Shown here: in pieces, positions 19,606-29,607 of the stretch
Layout of the letters: every line of letters begins with the position of its first letter
Position numbering within the stretch: position 1 is the stretch's first letter
Source: Armatimonadota bacterium
GTDB lineage: Bacteria; Armatimonadota; HRBIN16
Direction: 5' to 3'
Assembly: GCA_963677485.1 (NCBI GenBank)
Contig: OY781964.1
Coordinates: 3,648,001 to 3,712,000 of the forward strand
Length of the DNA stretch: 64,000 bases
Made by a program: the position numbers and the translations under genes
The notes under the pieces: generated by a model
The model's database searches: none
Seen by the model: the letters and a program-made list of their open reading frames with translations, nothing else
Told to the model about the DNA's origin: nothing

Positions 19606-19938
19606 ATGAACCTAACTATATCGATGCAGGACGATGTCACAGTCGTACATATCGCGGCCGACCACCTTGATGTGCTCAACGTGGTGGACTTTAAGTCGGA
19701 GATTGCCAAGGTGACTCTCGGCCACAAGAAGGTGGTCATAGATTGTGGGCAAATTCGTATGATCGATAGTTCGGGCCTCGGGGCGATTATGTATTGTGTT
19801 CAGACCTTGAACGCACATGGAAGCGAACTGAAACTGGCGGCGTTGAGCAAGGGTGTTTCCTCGTTGTTCGAGCTGGTGCGTATGCATCGAATGGTTGACA
19901 TCTATAGCACCGTGGATGAGGCCATTGAAGCCTTTTAG
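19606..19938 (+). CDS. STAS-domain anti-sigma factor antagonist
   Basis: 110 aa with the IDSSGLG phosphorylation motif. Confidence 0.88.
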   Translation: MNLTISMQDDVTVVHIAADHLDVLNVVDFKSEIAKVTLGHKKVVIDCGQIRMIDSSGLGAIMYCVQTLNAHGSELKLAALSKGVSSLFELVRMHRMVDIYSTVDEAIEAF

Positions 19939-20058
19939 TGCTTGCGCAAATGTAGCCTTCTAATTCCAGATCAGCCGATAAAAACATCAGTGCATGTGTT
20001 TGATAATCCAAGACAAGATGAAAGCATCGCCGTGATAGAACAGGCTCACCGATTTATT

Positions 20059-20532
20059 CTAGATCACACCGTTTTGGCCAATACGCTCGTCCGTAAAGAA
20101 GTTATCTTGAAGCACCGATGGCTGGGAAACCTCCAGGACGAGCGCAGCACCGATCCCGGTAAAGGAATGAGCGACACCTGGCGGCATCACCAGAACCGCT
20201 CCCTGTTCCATGATTAGATCCTTCTCGTCGGTTCTCATACGTATGCTGCCTTTGACCACGAAGAAGGTCTCATGCTTCATCTTGTGGAAGTGGTGGGGGC
20301 AGGTCTGGCCATCAAAAACAAACAGATATTTACCGCAATAGCCGTGCTCCGTCTCATTGGCGATCCAGAACTCCGTCTCACCCATGGTGTAGAAGTCATT
20401 CAGACCAAAATGCAGGCAGATGGGATCAACAGCAGGCATTGTGAGTGCCCAATCAGCGATCTGCTTGCCGATTGCGGTCAGAGCCTCAGTTCGGCTTGTT
20501 CCCTGTAACTCGATGTCGTCGTATTTACCCAT
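20059..20532 (-). CDS. D-lyxose/D-mannose isomerase family cupin
   Basis: YCGKYL, QTCPHHFHKMKHETF, HSF, EVS...DNFF. Confidence 0.78.
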   Translation of the reverse strand: MGKYDDIELQGTSRTEALTAIGKQIADWALTMPAVDPICLHFGLNDFYTMGETEFWIANETEHGYCGKYLFVFDGQTCPHHFHKMKHETFFVVKGSIRMRTDEKDLIMEQGAVLVMPPGVAHSFTGIGAALVLEVSQPSVLQDNFFTDERIGQNGVI

Positions 20533-20675
20533 GTCTGCTCCTTGGTGTTATGCTGTGGGCATATGATAGCCTGTCTGTTCAGGCCTGTCAAGGTGTTGCT
20601 GGCCAGATGGTGTCATTTTGCGTGACGCAATGCACCTGCTTTTCTGCTTGACCGCCTTCGTGCTACACTAAAACA

Positions 20676-21680
20676 GTGAAGATATCTACCAACATACGCC
20701 GCGGCAGCCTCGTTGCGGTCTTTTTAACCAGCATCTGTGCAGCCATAGTCGCAGGGCTTTGCTTCGGTGCTGATCCCTTGTCGCTAAAACAAATCTGGTT
20801 CGCACTGACGCATATCCACAGCAACTCGCCGGATGCCGTGGTGATCTGGCAACTACGCCTGCCGCGCGTGATTTTAGCCGGACTGGTGGGTGCGCTGCTG
20901 GGCATGGCTGGCGCGGCTCTTCAAGGTCTACTGCGTAACGACTTGGCTGATCCGTATACCATCGGCGTCTCTAGCGGAGCGGCTGTGGGGGCTGCTGGCG
21001 TGGTGCTGCTGGGGTTGGAATCTGCGCTATTTGGTTATTCTGTGCCTCTCGCAGCGTTCGTGACCGGCCTGTTGGCGGCTGTGATTGTGTTCGCCAGTGC
21101 CCGCAGGCAAGGGTTGCTGGATGTGAACAACTTTTTACTGGCAGGCATTGTGGTCGGTTCATTCTTGTGGGCCATGGTCACGCTGTTCATGAGTTTGGCT
21201 CAAGCGGACACCGCCCGCATCCTCTTCTGGTTGATGGGCAGTTTTGCCGATGCCGATTGGAGCCGAGTACGCCTTCTTCTGCCATTCGTGTTATTAGGTT
21301 TGGTTGGATTACGGGCTATCGCCTTCGCGCTGAACGGGTTTGCGCTGGGTGAGGAGAGTGCCTGGCATCTCGGCTTTGATGTTGAGAAGACGAAAAAGGC
21401 AGCCTCCTTACTCGCAACACTCTGCACGGCCGCTGCGGTCTCAGTCAGCGGAATCATTGGCTTCGTGGGTCTGATGGCACCTCATATCGCCCGAAGGCTG
21501 TTTGGGGCGGATCACCGGATATTGGTGTTCACAGCCTCCGGTGTAGGGGCCGTATTATTGATGTGCGCGGACACTCTAGCACGCACCCTGGCAAGGCCTG
21601 CCGAGGTGCCCGTGGGTGTGATCACAGCGCTCATCGGATCGCCAATGTTTATATTTTTGCTTAGGAGGCGTTCAGAATGA
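20676..21680 (+). CDS. FecCD/BtuC-family ABC transporter permease
   Basis: RLPRV, LRNDLADPYTIGVSSGA, GIIGFVGLMAPH, EVPVGVITALIG. Confidence 0.9.
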   Translation: MKISTNIRRGSLVAVFLTSICAAIVAGLCFGADPLSLKQIWFALTHIHSNSPDAVVIWQLRLPRVILAGLVGALLGMAGAALQGLLRNDLADPYTIGVSSGAAVGAAGVVLLGLESALFGYSVPLAAFVTGLLAAVIVFASARRQGLLDVNNFLLAGIVVGSFLWAMVTLFMSLAQADTARILFWLMGSFADADWSRVRLLLPFVLLGLVGLRAIAFALNGFALGEESAWHLGFDVEKTKKAASLLATLCTAAAVSVSGIIGFVGLMAPHIARRLFGADHRILVFTASGVGAVLLMCADTLARTLARPAEVPVGVITALIGSPMFIFLLRRRSE

Positions 21681-22546
21681 TCGTAGGTTTTATCGGTCTA
21701 GGAACGATGGGTTACCCGATGGCTGGGCACATATCAGGCAAGTATCGAACTCTGGTCTGGAACCGCACGGCGCAGGTCTCCTTGAATCACGCGGAGCAAT
21801 ATGGAACTCAAGCCGTCGCTGAGCTCTCCGAGCTAGCTCCATGCGACGTGATCTGCAGTTGCCTGCCGGTTAGTGTGGATGTCCATTCGGTTGTTAAGGC
21901 GATGGTTGGTAATCTGAAACCATCAGGATACTGGATAGATTTCACCAGCGGCGATCCTGGTGAGTGCCGCCAAACGGCTGATCTGTTGCGAAAAAACGGC
22001 TGGAGTTACCTTGATGCCCCCGTGTCGGGCGGACTGGCGGGGGCACAAAAGGGCAGCCTGACCGTGATGGCAGGGGCTGATGCGGACGATCTGGAGGCCA
22101 TGCGAGGGGTGATTGATTGTGTGTCCTCCAAGATCGTTCACGTGGGCGGAGTGGGGGCTGGTCATGCGGTCAAGGCCGCGAACAACGCTCTGCTAGCCAT
22201 GCATCTGCTGGCCGCCTCTGAGGTGTTGCTGATGCTGCGTAAGAATGGGGTTGATCCTGCTGTTGCGCTGGAGGCGATCAATGCCGGAACCGGCCGATCG
22301 GCTGTGACACAGCACTACATCTCCGAAAAGGTGTTGAACCGCAGCTTCCCGCTAACCTTCAAGCTGGGGCTGCTGGACAAGGACGTGCGAATCGCAGCAA
22401 CAAGCTGCAGTCAAGCCGGGCTCGCGGCACCCATGATCTCACTTACCTCTCAGATATTTGCTGCAGCCAAGATGGTTGTAGGGGCTGATGTCGACTACAC
22501 CGAAGTCGTGAAACTACTCGAAAGTTGGACAGACGTTACCGTATGA
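21677..22546 (+). CDS. Beta-hydroxyacid dehydrogenase (3-hydroxyisobutyrate/6PGD family)
   Basis: GFIGLGTMG, DAPVSGG, catalytic K in VKAANN. Confidence 0.88.
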   Translation: MIVGFIGLGTMGYPMAGHISGKYRTLVWNRTAQVSLNHAEQYGTQAVAELSELAPCDVICSCLPVSVDVHSVVKAMVGNLKPSGYWIDFTSGDPGECRQTADLLRKNGWSYLDAPVSGGLAGAQKGSLTVMAGADADDLEAMRGVIDCVSSKIVHVGGVGAGHAVKAANNALLAMHLLAASEVLLMLRKNGVDPAVALEAINAGTGRSAVTQHYISEKVLNRSFPLTFKLGLLDKDVRIAATSCSQAGLAAPMISLTSQIFAAAKMVVGADVDYTEVVKLLESWTDVTV

Positions 22547-23880
22547 ATTCCACAATGAAATGCAAGATATACACCTGGGGCTGCCAGATGAACGAAGAGG
22601 ACAGCGAGCAGATGGCGTTGCTGATGCAGCAGATCGGCTGTCAGATTACCGATGATCTAGACGAAGCCGAAGTGGTGCTGTTAAATACATGCAGTGTGCG
22701 CAAAAAACCAGAAGATAAGGTCTTTAGCCTGCTAGGGTGGCTGAAGGATTGGAAGGTAGAGCATCCAAGTGGTGTCATCGGTGTGTGCGGCTGCATGGCA
22801 CAGATACGCTCTGAAGAGATATTCAAACGGGCACCTCACGTAAACTTTGTGACCGGTACCGCGCATATCTCGGAGCTTCCCCATCTTGTATTGACGGCTC
22901 AACGGCAGAGCGGCCACAATATGGCAATCTCACTTCCTGTGAAGAGTTCTGAGGCACTCAACTACCTGCCCAGTAGGGTGGTCCATCGCCCCGCGCAACT
23001 GCGCGCATATGTGCCCATCATGTATGGCTGCGACAACTTCTGCACGTTCTGCGTGGTACCTCTGACCCGCGGGCGGGAACGCAGCCGTTCGGTTGACGAG
23101 GTGATGGAGGAAGTGCGCTCACTGGCGCAGCACGGCACCAAGGAGGTGACGTTGCTGGGTCAGACCGTGAACAGCTACGGCAAGCGGATGCAGGGTGAAC
23201 ATACGAGCTTTGTGCAGCTACTGCGTCTGGTAAGTGAAGTTGAGGGGATTGAACGGATTCGGTTTACTTCACCCTATCCCACAGATTTTTCAGACGAGCT
23301 CATTGATGCGATTGCGGAGCTGCCCAAGCTGTGTGAGTGGGTCCATTTACCCTTGCAGGCTGGTGATTCCGACCTGCTACGCGATATGAAACGGCATTAT
23401 GATATGGAGCTGTTTGAGACTATTGTCGGTAAGCTGCGCAGCCGTGTTCAAGGAATCGCGATCACTACAGACCTGATGATCGGGCACCCGGGTGAGACTG
23501 ACCAGCAGTTCAGGAACACTATCGAAGCTGTGAAACGCATCCGGTTTGACAACGCCTTCATGTTCGCCTATAGCCCGCGACCAGGCACCAAAGCCGCTGA
23601 GCGAGAGGATCAGATACCGAGGGAGCTGAAGCAGGCCCGTCTTGCCGAGTTGATCGCCGTGCAGAATAGCGTCACCTGCGAGATCAATAAACAGCAGGCT
23701 GGGCAGGTATATGAACTGCTGGTAGATGGAGCGGCTCACAAAAATCCCGCCCAACAGACCGGACTGACTCGGCAAAGCAAGACCGTCAACTTCGCCTCTG
23801 AGCATGATCTAGCTGGTCAGATCGTGCGCATCCGCGCCATCTCCGGCCACATGTGGGGTTTTCTCGGCGAGGTGGTGTAG
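22543..23880 (+). CDS. miaB: tRNA-2-methylthio-N6-dimethylallyladenosine synthase MiaB
   Basis: TWGCQMNEEDSE, NTCSVR, CDNFCTFC, YSPRPGT, TRAM domain. Confidence 0.95.
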   Translation: MNSTMKCKIYTWGCQMNEEDSEQMALLMQQIGCQITDDLDEAEVVLLNTCSVRKKPEDKVFSLLGWLKDWKVEHPSGVIGVCGCMAQIRSEEIFKRAPHVNFVTGTAHISELPHLVLTAQRQSGHNMAISLPVKSSEALNYLPSRVVHRPAQLRAYVPIMYGCDNFCTFCVVPLTRGRERSRSVDEVMEEVRSLAQHGTKEVTLLGQTVNSYGKRMQGEHTSFVQLLRLVSEVEGIERIRFTSPYPTDFSDELIDAIAELPKLCEWVHLPLQAGDSDLLRDMKRHYDMELFETIVGKLRSRVQGIAITTDLMIGHPGETDQQFRNTIEAVKRIRFDNAFMFAYSPRPGTKAAEREDQIPRELKQARLAELIAVQNSVTCEINKQQAGQVYELLVDGAAHKNPAQQTGLTRQSKTVNFASEHDLAGQIVRIRAISGHMWGFLGEVV

Positions 23881-23890
23881 AGGCCTCCCC

Positions 23891-23918
23891 CCGGGAACGC
23901 CAATCTCCTGATTGGCCT
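23891..23918 (-). repeat. REP-like palindrome (gccaatc.ggagattggc class)
   Basis: ccgggaacgccaatctcctgattggcct; same class as copies at 28867, 37193 and 43464. Confidence 0.7.
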
Positions 23919-24087
23919 CTCCCGAGATTGCCGCTGTTTCGTGGTTTCATCTTGATTGCTGGCTAATCCTAAGCAAATCGTAACACCACGCAGGAATACG
24001 GGGTGGTGGTGGTGAACAACCAATCATAAGGTGTTAGCATCTGTGTTGAACACCCCATTAGCTTTGAATAGCATAAGGTGAGCCTAC

Positions 24088-26826
24088 ATGAGTTCCTTCC
24101 TTTCTGTTTTGCTTGCGGTAGTCGTTCTAGCGTACCCTCTCTCTACCTGCCGCGCGGATGCGCCTCGCGAGATGAAGTCGTTCCCGTTTGCTGAGGGCAA
24201 AAAGCTGGAATGGGTGACGAATGATGGCGTGACGTCGACCAAAGTAGTCGGCAGCCAGTTGCATTTGCGCACGACAGCCAGTGATCCGCTGATGATAAGC
24301 CCGGAGTTCTCAGTTCCGGCTGATTCACGCCAGTATGTAGAGATCACTATGCAGAGCAGTGCGGACGGCACGCCTCAGCTCTACTACACCAACACGAAGA
24401 ACGAGCCATACGGTGGAATCCGCGGCGAATGGTGCAAGCAGTTCAACGTAAAGAAGGGCGGCATGAGGGTTTATCGTGTCTTCCCGTTCTGGGGTGGACT
24501 GGGTAAGATCATACGCCTTCGACTTGACCCGCCGGATTCGTCTGACATCATCATCAAGAGTATCCGAATCATGCAGTTGCCAGATGGCGAGGCCAGCTCC
24601 CGAGTGTGGCAAGCGAAACAGGCCTCCACATGGAACTTGCTTGGTGAAACTAAGGCGAAGCCCTCGGGTCTGAGCACCAGCGGTGAGCTGCTGATGATCT
24701 CGCCGAAGCTGGATTGCCCCACCGCGAAGGTTCCATGGATATCGCTGATGGCGAAGTCCACTGGGGCCTCGCAGGCCGTCGTGCAGTGGATATCAGATGA
24801 CTGGAAAGAGCCACGCGGTCAGGTCATCGCACTCAAGGCAGACGGCGCCTGGCACTCGTACAACATCTCAACTGAGCCGCTCTCAGACTGGACCGGAACC
24901 CTTCGGATGTTGACCATGGAGGTCACATCGCCTGTTGGCAAACCCACCGAAATCAGCCTGTTTGGTGCCAGCGAGAAACCGCTGGGCATGGCCGAACTGA
25001 GTGCCCCGCAGTTCATGCTGGAGCAGAACTTCGTGAGGGTGGGGCAACCCGCTTCTCTGATGGCTAACATCACAAACTCGGGTGGGACAAGCACAAAACC
25101 TCTCAAACTAAGCATCCGCTGGAGCAGCAAACTTCCGCCTCAGCTTGAACCCGGTCAAGCCAAGGTGAAGGTGGGGGCTGTGAAGTCGGTACCGAGCATC
25201 GCCCCTGGCGATAGTGTTGATATCAACTGGGCATTGGATACACAGAGGGCTGGCTGGGTGAAAGCTGAGCTCATGGCCGAAGGGGTGATAAGCCCAATAG
25301 CCACCAGTGTGATGCAGATTCAACCTGTGAAGCCCGATCTACCGCAGGGTCAGATCCCACCGGTGATGGCTCCGAAGAGCGATTATGATGTGGGAGTGTA
25401 TTACTTCCCCGGCTGGTGGAACTACAGCCGCTGGGCGGTGCTGGACGCCTACCCCGAGCGGACACCTTTGCTGGGATACTACCGTGAAGGCGAACCCGCA
25501 GTGGCTGACTGGCACATCAAATGGATGGCAGAGCATGGCATCAACTTCATGATCTACGACTGGTACTGGTCAGAGGGTGGCCGTTCGCTGGAGCATGCGC
25601 TGCACAACGGCTTTTTCAACGCTGGCCTGCGGAACCAGATGAAGTTTTGCCTGCTGTGGGCCAACCACAACGCCCCTGGCACCTCATCTGAACAAGACTT
25701 CAAAAATGTGACCCAATACTGGCTGGACAACTATTTCCTGCGCCCCGAGTACTACAAGATCGACGGCAAGCCGGTGGTGGTGATTTTTGCGCCCTCACGC
25801 ATATGGGATGACATGGGAGTTGTCGCTGGTAAGCGTGCATTCGACAATGCCCGTCAGATGGCCAAAGACAGGGGGCTTCCTGGGATTTACTTCGTGGCTT
25901 GTGCCTACCCTGATCAGGGCGGCATTAATATGATCGAACAACAGGGCTATGACGCCATCAGTGGTTATAACTACCCTGGTGCGGGCACGAATGGTCAGAC
26001 CGTCGCCCCTTATGATTTGAATATCAAGGGCTACGAAGGTTTCTGGAAGTCTATCGCGAAGATGAGCTCGTTACGTTATATCCCCGTCACCGACCCAGGC
26101 TGGGACAGCCGTCCGTGGGGTGGCCCAAGCGCGATGAGACGCACCGATAAGGCCCCCTGGAAGTTCGAGCAGATGCTGCAGCTTTCGAAACAATTTGTGG
26201 ATACGGAACATGCCAAGAATCAACGCAAGGTTGTATTTGTAGAGGCCTGGAATGAACTGGGTGAGGGCGACTTCATTGAGCCCCATCGAGAATGGGGCTT
26301 TGGATATCTGGACGCCATCCGTCGTGTCTTCACGCCTAACGCCGGTCCGCACATCGACATCGTGCCGGAGGATGTGGGCATGGGGCCATACAGCCTGCCA
26401 AGGCCTGTACCTGCCACGAGCTGGGATTTCAGTGACCCTGAGCATCCGGGATGGGATCCGCTATATAACGTCTCAGATTTCAAGGTGACCGCTGGCAAGA
26501 TGTCGGGTATCGCCGCCAACTTTGACCCCAGTTTCACGAGTCAAACACTAGATTTGAAAGCTAGTAAGGTTAAGGCGATCGTCATCAAAATGCGGGTCAG
26601 TGCAGGTAAAGGGGCTCAGCTGTTTTGGTTAGCACCAGGGGCAGGTACTTCAGAGGCTGCCAGCATGAGTTTCGAACTGATCCCTGGTAACGAGACGCAG
26701 ACCTATCGGCTGGATCTGAGTGGTAACCCTCGATGGAAGGGCCAAATTGCGGGGTTCCGCTTTGATCCAACAGACGAGCCTAAGGCCAGCTTCGAGATCG
26801 AGTCAATCAAGCTTGAAATGAAGTAG
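24088..26826 (+). CDS. Secreted GH99-like/WbsX-family glycoside hydrolase with CARDB-like and repeated CBM-like modules
   Basis: GVYYFPGW, PLLGYY, YDWYW, FCLLWANH, GWDSRPW, EAWNELGEG..IEP. Confidence 0.8.
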   Translation: MSSFLSVLLAVVVLAYPLSTCRADAPREMKSFPFAEGKKLEWVTNDGVTSTKVVGSQLHLRTTASDPLMISPEFSVPADSRQYVEITMQSSADGTPQLYYTNTKNEPYGGIRGEWCKQFNVKKGGMRVYRVFPFWGGLGKIIRLRLDPPDSSDIIIKSIRIMQLPDGEASSRVWQAKQASTWNLLGETKAKPSGLSTSGELLMISPKLDCPTAKVPWISLMAKSTGASQAVVQWISDDWKEPRGQVIALKADGAWHSYNISTEPLSDWTGTLRMLTMEVTSPVGKPTEISLFGASEKPLGMAELSAPQFMLEQNFVRVGQPASLMANITNSGGTSTKPLKLSIRWSSKLPPQLEPGQAKVKVGAVKSVPSIAPGDSVDINWALDTQRAGWVKAELMAEGVISPIATSVMQIQPVKPDLPQGQIPPVMAPKSDYDVGVYYFPGWWNYSRWAVLDAYPERTPLLGYYREGEPAVADWHIKWMAEHGINFMIYDWYWSEGGRSLEHALHNGFFNAGLRNQMKFCLLWANHNAPGTSSEQDFKNVTQYWLDNYFLRPEYYKIDGKPVVVIFAPSRIWDDMGVVAGKRAFDNARQMAKDRGLPGIYFVACAYPDQGGINMIEQQGYDAISGYNYPGAGTNGQTVAPYDLNIKGYEGFWKSIAKMSSLRYIPVTDPGWDSRPWGGPSAMRRTDKAPWKFEQMLQLSKQFVDTEHAKNQRKVVFVEAWNELGEGDFIEPHREWGFGYLDAIRRVFTPNAGPHIDIVPEDVGMGPYSLPRPVPATSWDFSDPEHPGWDPLYNVSDFKVTAGKMSGIAANFDPSFTSQTLDLKASKVKAIVIKMRVSAGKGAQLFWLAPGAGTSEAASMSFELIPGNETQTYRLDLSGNPRWKGQIAGFRFDPTDEPKASFEIESIKLEMK

Positions 26827-26860
26827 TTTACGGTTTCAATTATACACATGGCGGTGGCTC

Positions 26861-27583
26861 ATGGCACTTAAGCGGTTGAAGACAGACTATAAGTCGATAG
26901 GTATCAAACCTTGGGCAAACTTCATCGTTCGGGCACTGTGGGCCACCGTGCTCACGCTATACAATCGCCTTCACGTATCTGGACGGTTGCAGGTGGCTGG
27001 TGGTCCCGTGATCATTGCACCGAACCACACCAGTTATCTGGATCCACCCGTCATTTCGGCGGCGGCTTTTCATAGAACCGTGGCTTATCTCGGCAAAGAT
27101 GGGCTTTTTCGGGTGCCGGTCTTCAACACCTTTATATGGAGGTTGGGGTGTATCCCAGTACACCAACATGGAGCCGATCATCAGGCGGTCAAGCTCTCTG
27201 TGGAGATGTTGAGGCGCGGGTTTGCCCTCTGCCTTTTCCCGGAGGGGCACCGCAGTTCAGATGGTGAACTCCAGCCATTGCTAAAGGGTGTGGCTCTGAT
27301 CGCCAAAAAGTCTGGAGCTCCAGTCATCCCTACTGCCATACTAGGTACCCACCGCGCACTGCCTGCGGGCAGCGTAATATACCTTCCTCATCAAATACAG
27401 GTAGCATTTGGAGAGCCAATATACTATCATCAATTTGCTGAGGGTTATGCAGGACATGATGATATACTTGACGCATTTACTCAGTCGATCGAAAACGGCA
27501 TCAGAGAGCAATTAGTCTGGCTTGAAACAGGCCAGACCCACCGCAAAAAGCACGTTTCACCAGAGCAATCCCCAATGGGGTAG
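26861..27583 (+). CDS. plsC: 1-acyl-sn-glycerol-3-phosphate acyltransferase
   Basis: NHTSYLD (HX4D) and FPEGHRS motifs. Confidence 0.85.
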   Translation: MALKRLKTDYKSIGIKPWANFIVRALWATVLTLYNRLHVSGRLQVAGGPVIIAPNHTSYLDPPVISAAAFHRTVAYLGKDGLFRVPVFNTFIWRLGCIPVHQHGADHQAVKLSVEMLRRGFALCLFPEGHRSSDGELQPLLKGVALIAKKSGAPVIPTAILGTHRALPAGSVIYLPHQIQVAFGEPIYYHQFAEGYAGHDDILDAFTQSIENGIREQLVWLETGQTHRKKHVSPEQSPMG

Positions 27584-27609
27584 CAACAAATCAATAAGAG
27601 GTAAATATC

Positions 27610-28689
27610 TTGGACCATCTTTTGAATACCGCCGTCAAACCAGACTGGGAAAGCCTGATGAAGGCTCTTCGGGGTGAACCAACCGAGCGGGTACACCATA
27701 TCGAGCTTTACAACGACGGCGAAATTGATCTGGCCGTGTGCCAGCGATACGGGCTTCTGGACGATCTCAACCAGAATGACCCGGACTTCTATATGCAGAT
27801 GCATCTGAAGGTCAAGCGCTTCCTTGGCTATGACTACATACGCATGGGGCTCGAAGGTGCTGAAATCCAACTGAACTGGCATCACACCGAAGATACCGGC
27901 GGACGGGCGGCTGGCCGTAACTACATTGACGAGCATGTAGGGCCCATCACCAACTGGGAACAGTTTGAAGCCTACCCCTGGCCGGATGTAGACAAGGCCA
28001 CCAGTCACGGTCTGGAGTGGTTGGAGAAGAACCTGCCGGACGACATGTGCGTGATTGGCAGCGGAGGGTTCGGCCACTTCATGGAGTGGGTGAGCTGGCT
28101 GATGGGCTACGAAACTCTGTGCTATGCGCTTTTCGAAGACCGCGAACTGGTTCAAGCGATTGCGGATAAGGTGTGTGAACACAACCGGAAGGTGCTGGAG
28201 CGTATCCTGCAGTTCCCACGTGTGAAGATCACTTGGGGCAGCGATGACCTTGGCTATAAGGGCGGCACGCTGATACGGCCATCTGATCTGCGGGAGTTTA
28301 TTTTCCCTCCCCACAAGTTGATGGCGAGGATGTCGCATGATGCTGGTATGCCATATTTATTCCATAGCTGCGGAAAACTGACCGAAGTGTATGCAGACCT
28401 AATCAACGATGTGAAGATCGACGCCAAACACAGCTTCGAAGATACCATCGAGACGGTTCAAGATTTCCAGGCGGAATGGGGCGACAAAGTAGCCACTCTG
28501 GGTGGCATCGACATGGACTTCCTGTGCCGCAGCACTCCAGATCAAATCCGGGCCAGGGTACGCAAGACACTGGATGACTGCTGGGCAAAAGGCGGGTATC
28601 TGCTGGGTAGCGGTAACAGCGTGGCAAACTATGTGCCCGTAGAGAACTACCTGACCATGCTTGACGAGGGGCGAAAGTATACCTTGTAG
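27610..28689 (+). CDS. Uroporphyrinogen decarboxylase (URO-D)-like family protein
   Basis: YPWPD, SDDLGYK, FHSCG, GGIDMD, GSGNSV; TTG start with GAGG RBS. Confidence 0.8.
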   Translation: MDHLLNTAVKPDWESLMKALRGEPTERVHHIELYNDGEIDLAVCQRYGLLDDLNQNDPDFYMQMHLKVKRFLGYDYIRMGLEGAEIQLNWHHTEDTGGRAAGRNYIDEHVGPITNWEQFEAYPWPDVDKATSHGLEWLEKNLPDDMCVIGSGGFGHFMEWVSWLMGYETLCYALFEDRELVQAIADKVCEHNRKVLERILQFPRVKITWGSDDLGYKGGTLIRPSDLREFIFPPHKLMARMSHDAGMPYLFHSCGKLTEVYADLINDVKIDAKHSFEDTIETVQDFQAEWGDKVATLGGIDMDFLCRSTPDQIRARVRKTLDDCWAKGGYLLGSGNSVANYVPVENYLTMLDEGRKYTL

Positions 28690-28706
28690 ACCGGATGTCT
28701 CCAACC

Positions 28707-28893
28707 GTAGGGATGGGCATTGTGGTCAATCGATATCGAGTTATCGTTTGTATGGGCGGTTCGCGAACCGCCCTTCTATCAGGTGCCACGATCTTGCGTG
28801 ACCGCCCGTGCATGTCTGAACCACGGATTACGCGGATGGAACGGATGACACAGATGGTGAGGCCATGCCCATCGGGAGATTAGCGTGCCCAGG
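28707..28893 (+). repeat. Mosaic REP-like cluster
   Basis: gggcggttcgcgaaccgccc palindrome (28750-28774), tgtctgaaccacggattacgcggat unit (28813-28846), atcgggagattagcgtgccc unit (28867-28893). Confidence 0.75.
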
Positions 28894-28933
28894 GGCCTGG
28901 CGACCAGGGTTATAGGACAAGGAGGAAATCATC

Positions 28934-29452
28934 ATGGAAACAATGGATACCTACGAAGCGATCATCTCACGCCGAAGCGTCCGTGACTTCACCTCGCAGG
29001 TGGTGCCAGGCGATCTGGTGGAGATGCTGTTGAGAGCCGCAATGAGGGCGCCATCGGCCGGTAATGAACAAGCGTGGCAGTTCATCGTTGTGAAAGACCG
29101 CGAGCTGCTTAATGCTGTCCCTAGTTTCAGTCCGTATGCGGCGATGTGCCTGACGGCTCCGATGGCCATAGTCGTCTGCGGGGACACCTCACTCGAAAAG
29201 TTTCATGGGTTTTGGATTCAAGACTGTTGCGCTGCCATTGAGAACTTACTTCTGGCGGCCCATGCTTCGGGCTTAGGCGCCGTCTGGACCGCACTCTACC
29301 CAGATGAAGCACGTGTGGAGGGAGCCCGAACGCTGTTCGGCATCCCCGACCATATCATCCCTCTAGCTATTGTACCGGTGGGATATCCAAAACATCAGCC
29401 ATTCCCTTCGCAAACATACCTCCCTGAACGGGTTCATCACGACAGATATTAG
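28934..29452 (+). CDS. Nitroreductase family protein
   Basis: RRSVRDF, APSAGNEQAW, GLGAVW; AGGAGG RBS. Confidence 0.9.
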   Translation: METMDTYEAIISRRSVRDFTSQVVPGDLVEMLLRAAMRAPSAGNEQAWQFIVVKDRELLNAVPSFSPYAAMCLTAPMAIVVCGDTSLEKFHGFWIQDCCAAIENLLLAAHASGLGAVWTALYPDEARVEGARTLFGIPDHIIPLAIVPVGYPKHQPFPSQTYLPERVHHDRY

Positions 29453-29509
29453 CTCGCCCTGCCTCAGCGTGGAGACGGGGAGTTCCGAAATTGCCGCATG
29501 AGGGTGTTT

Positions 29510-29543
29510 TGTTAACGGAATGTTAACTTGTGGTTGGTATAAC
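29510..29543 (+). promoter_or_regulatory. Pho-box-like direct repeat plus -10 element
   Basis: TGTTAAC-ggaa-TGTTAAC (11-bp period) ending 10 bp upstream of the TATAAC hexamer (TG-extended). Confidence 0.55.
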
Positions 29544-29607
29544 GAAACACTACCCGTGATCGTACGGGTATAAATAGTATGAACACCATACCAATTGAGG
29601 TGGCACA

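Noticed and set aside
27610-28689. Calling the URO-D-family gene hemE
   Set aside because: It lacks the HemE MRQAGR motif and belongs to the broader URO-D-like family.
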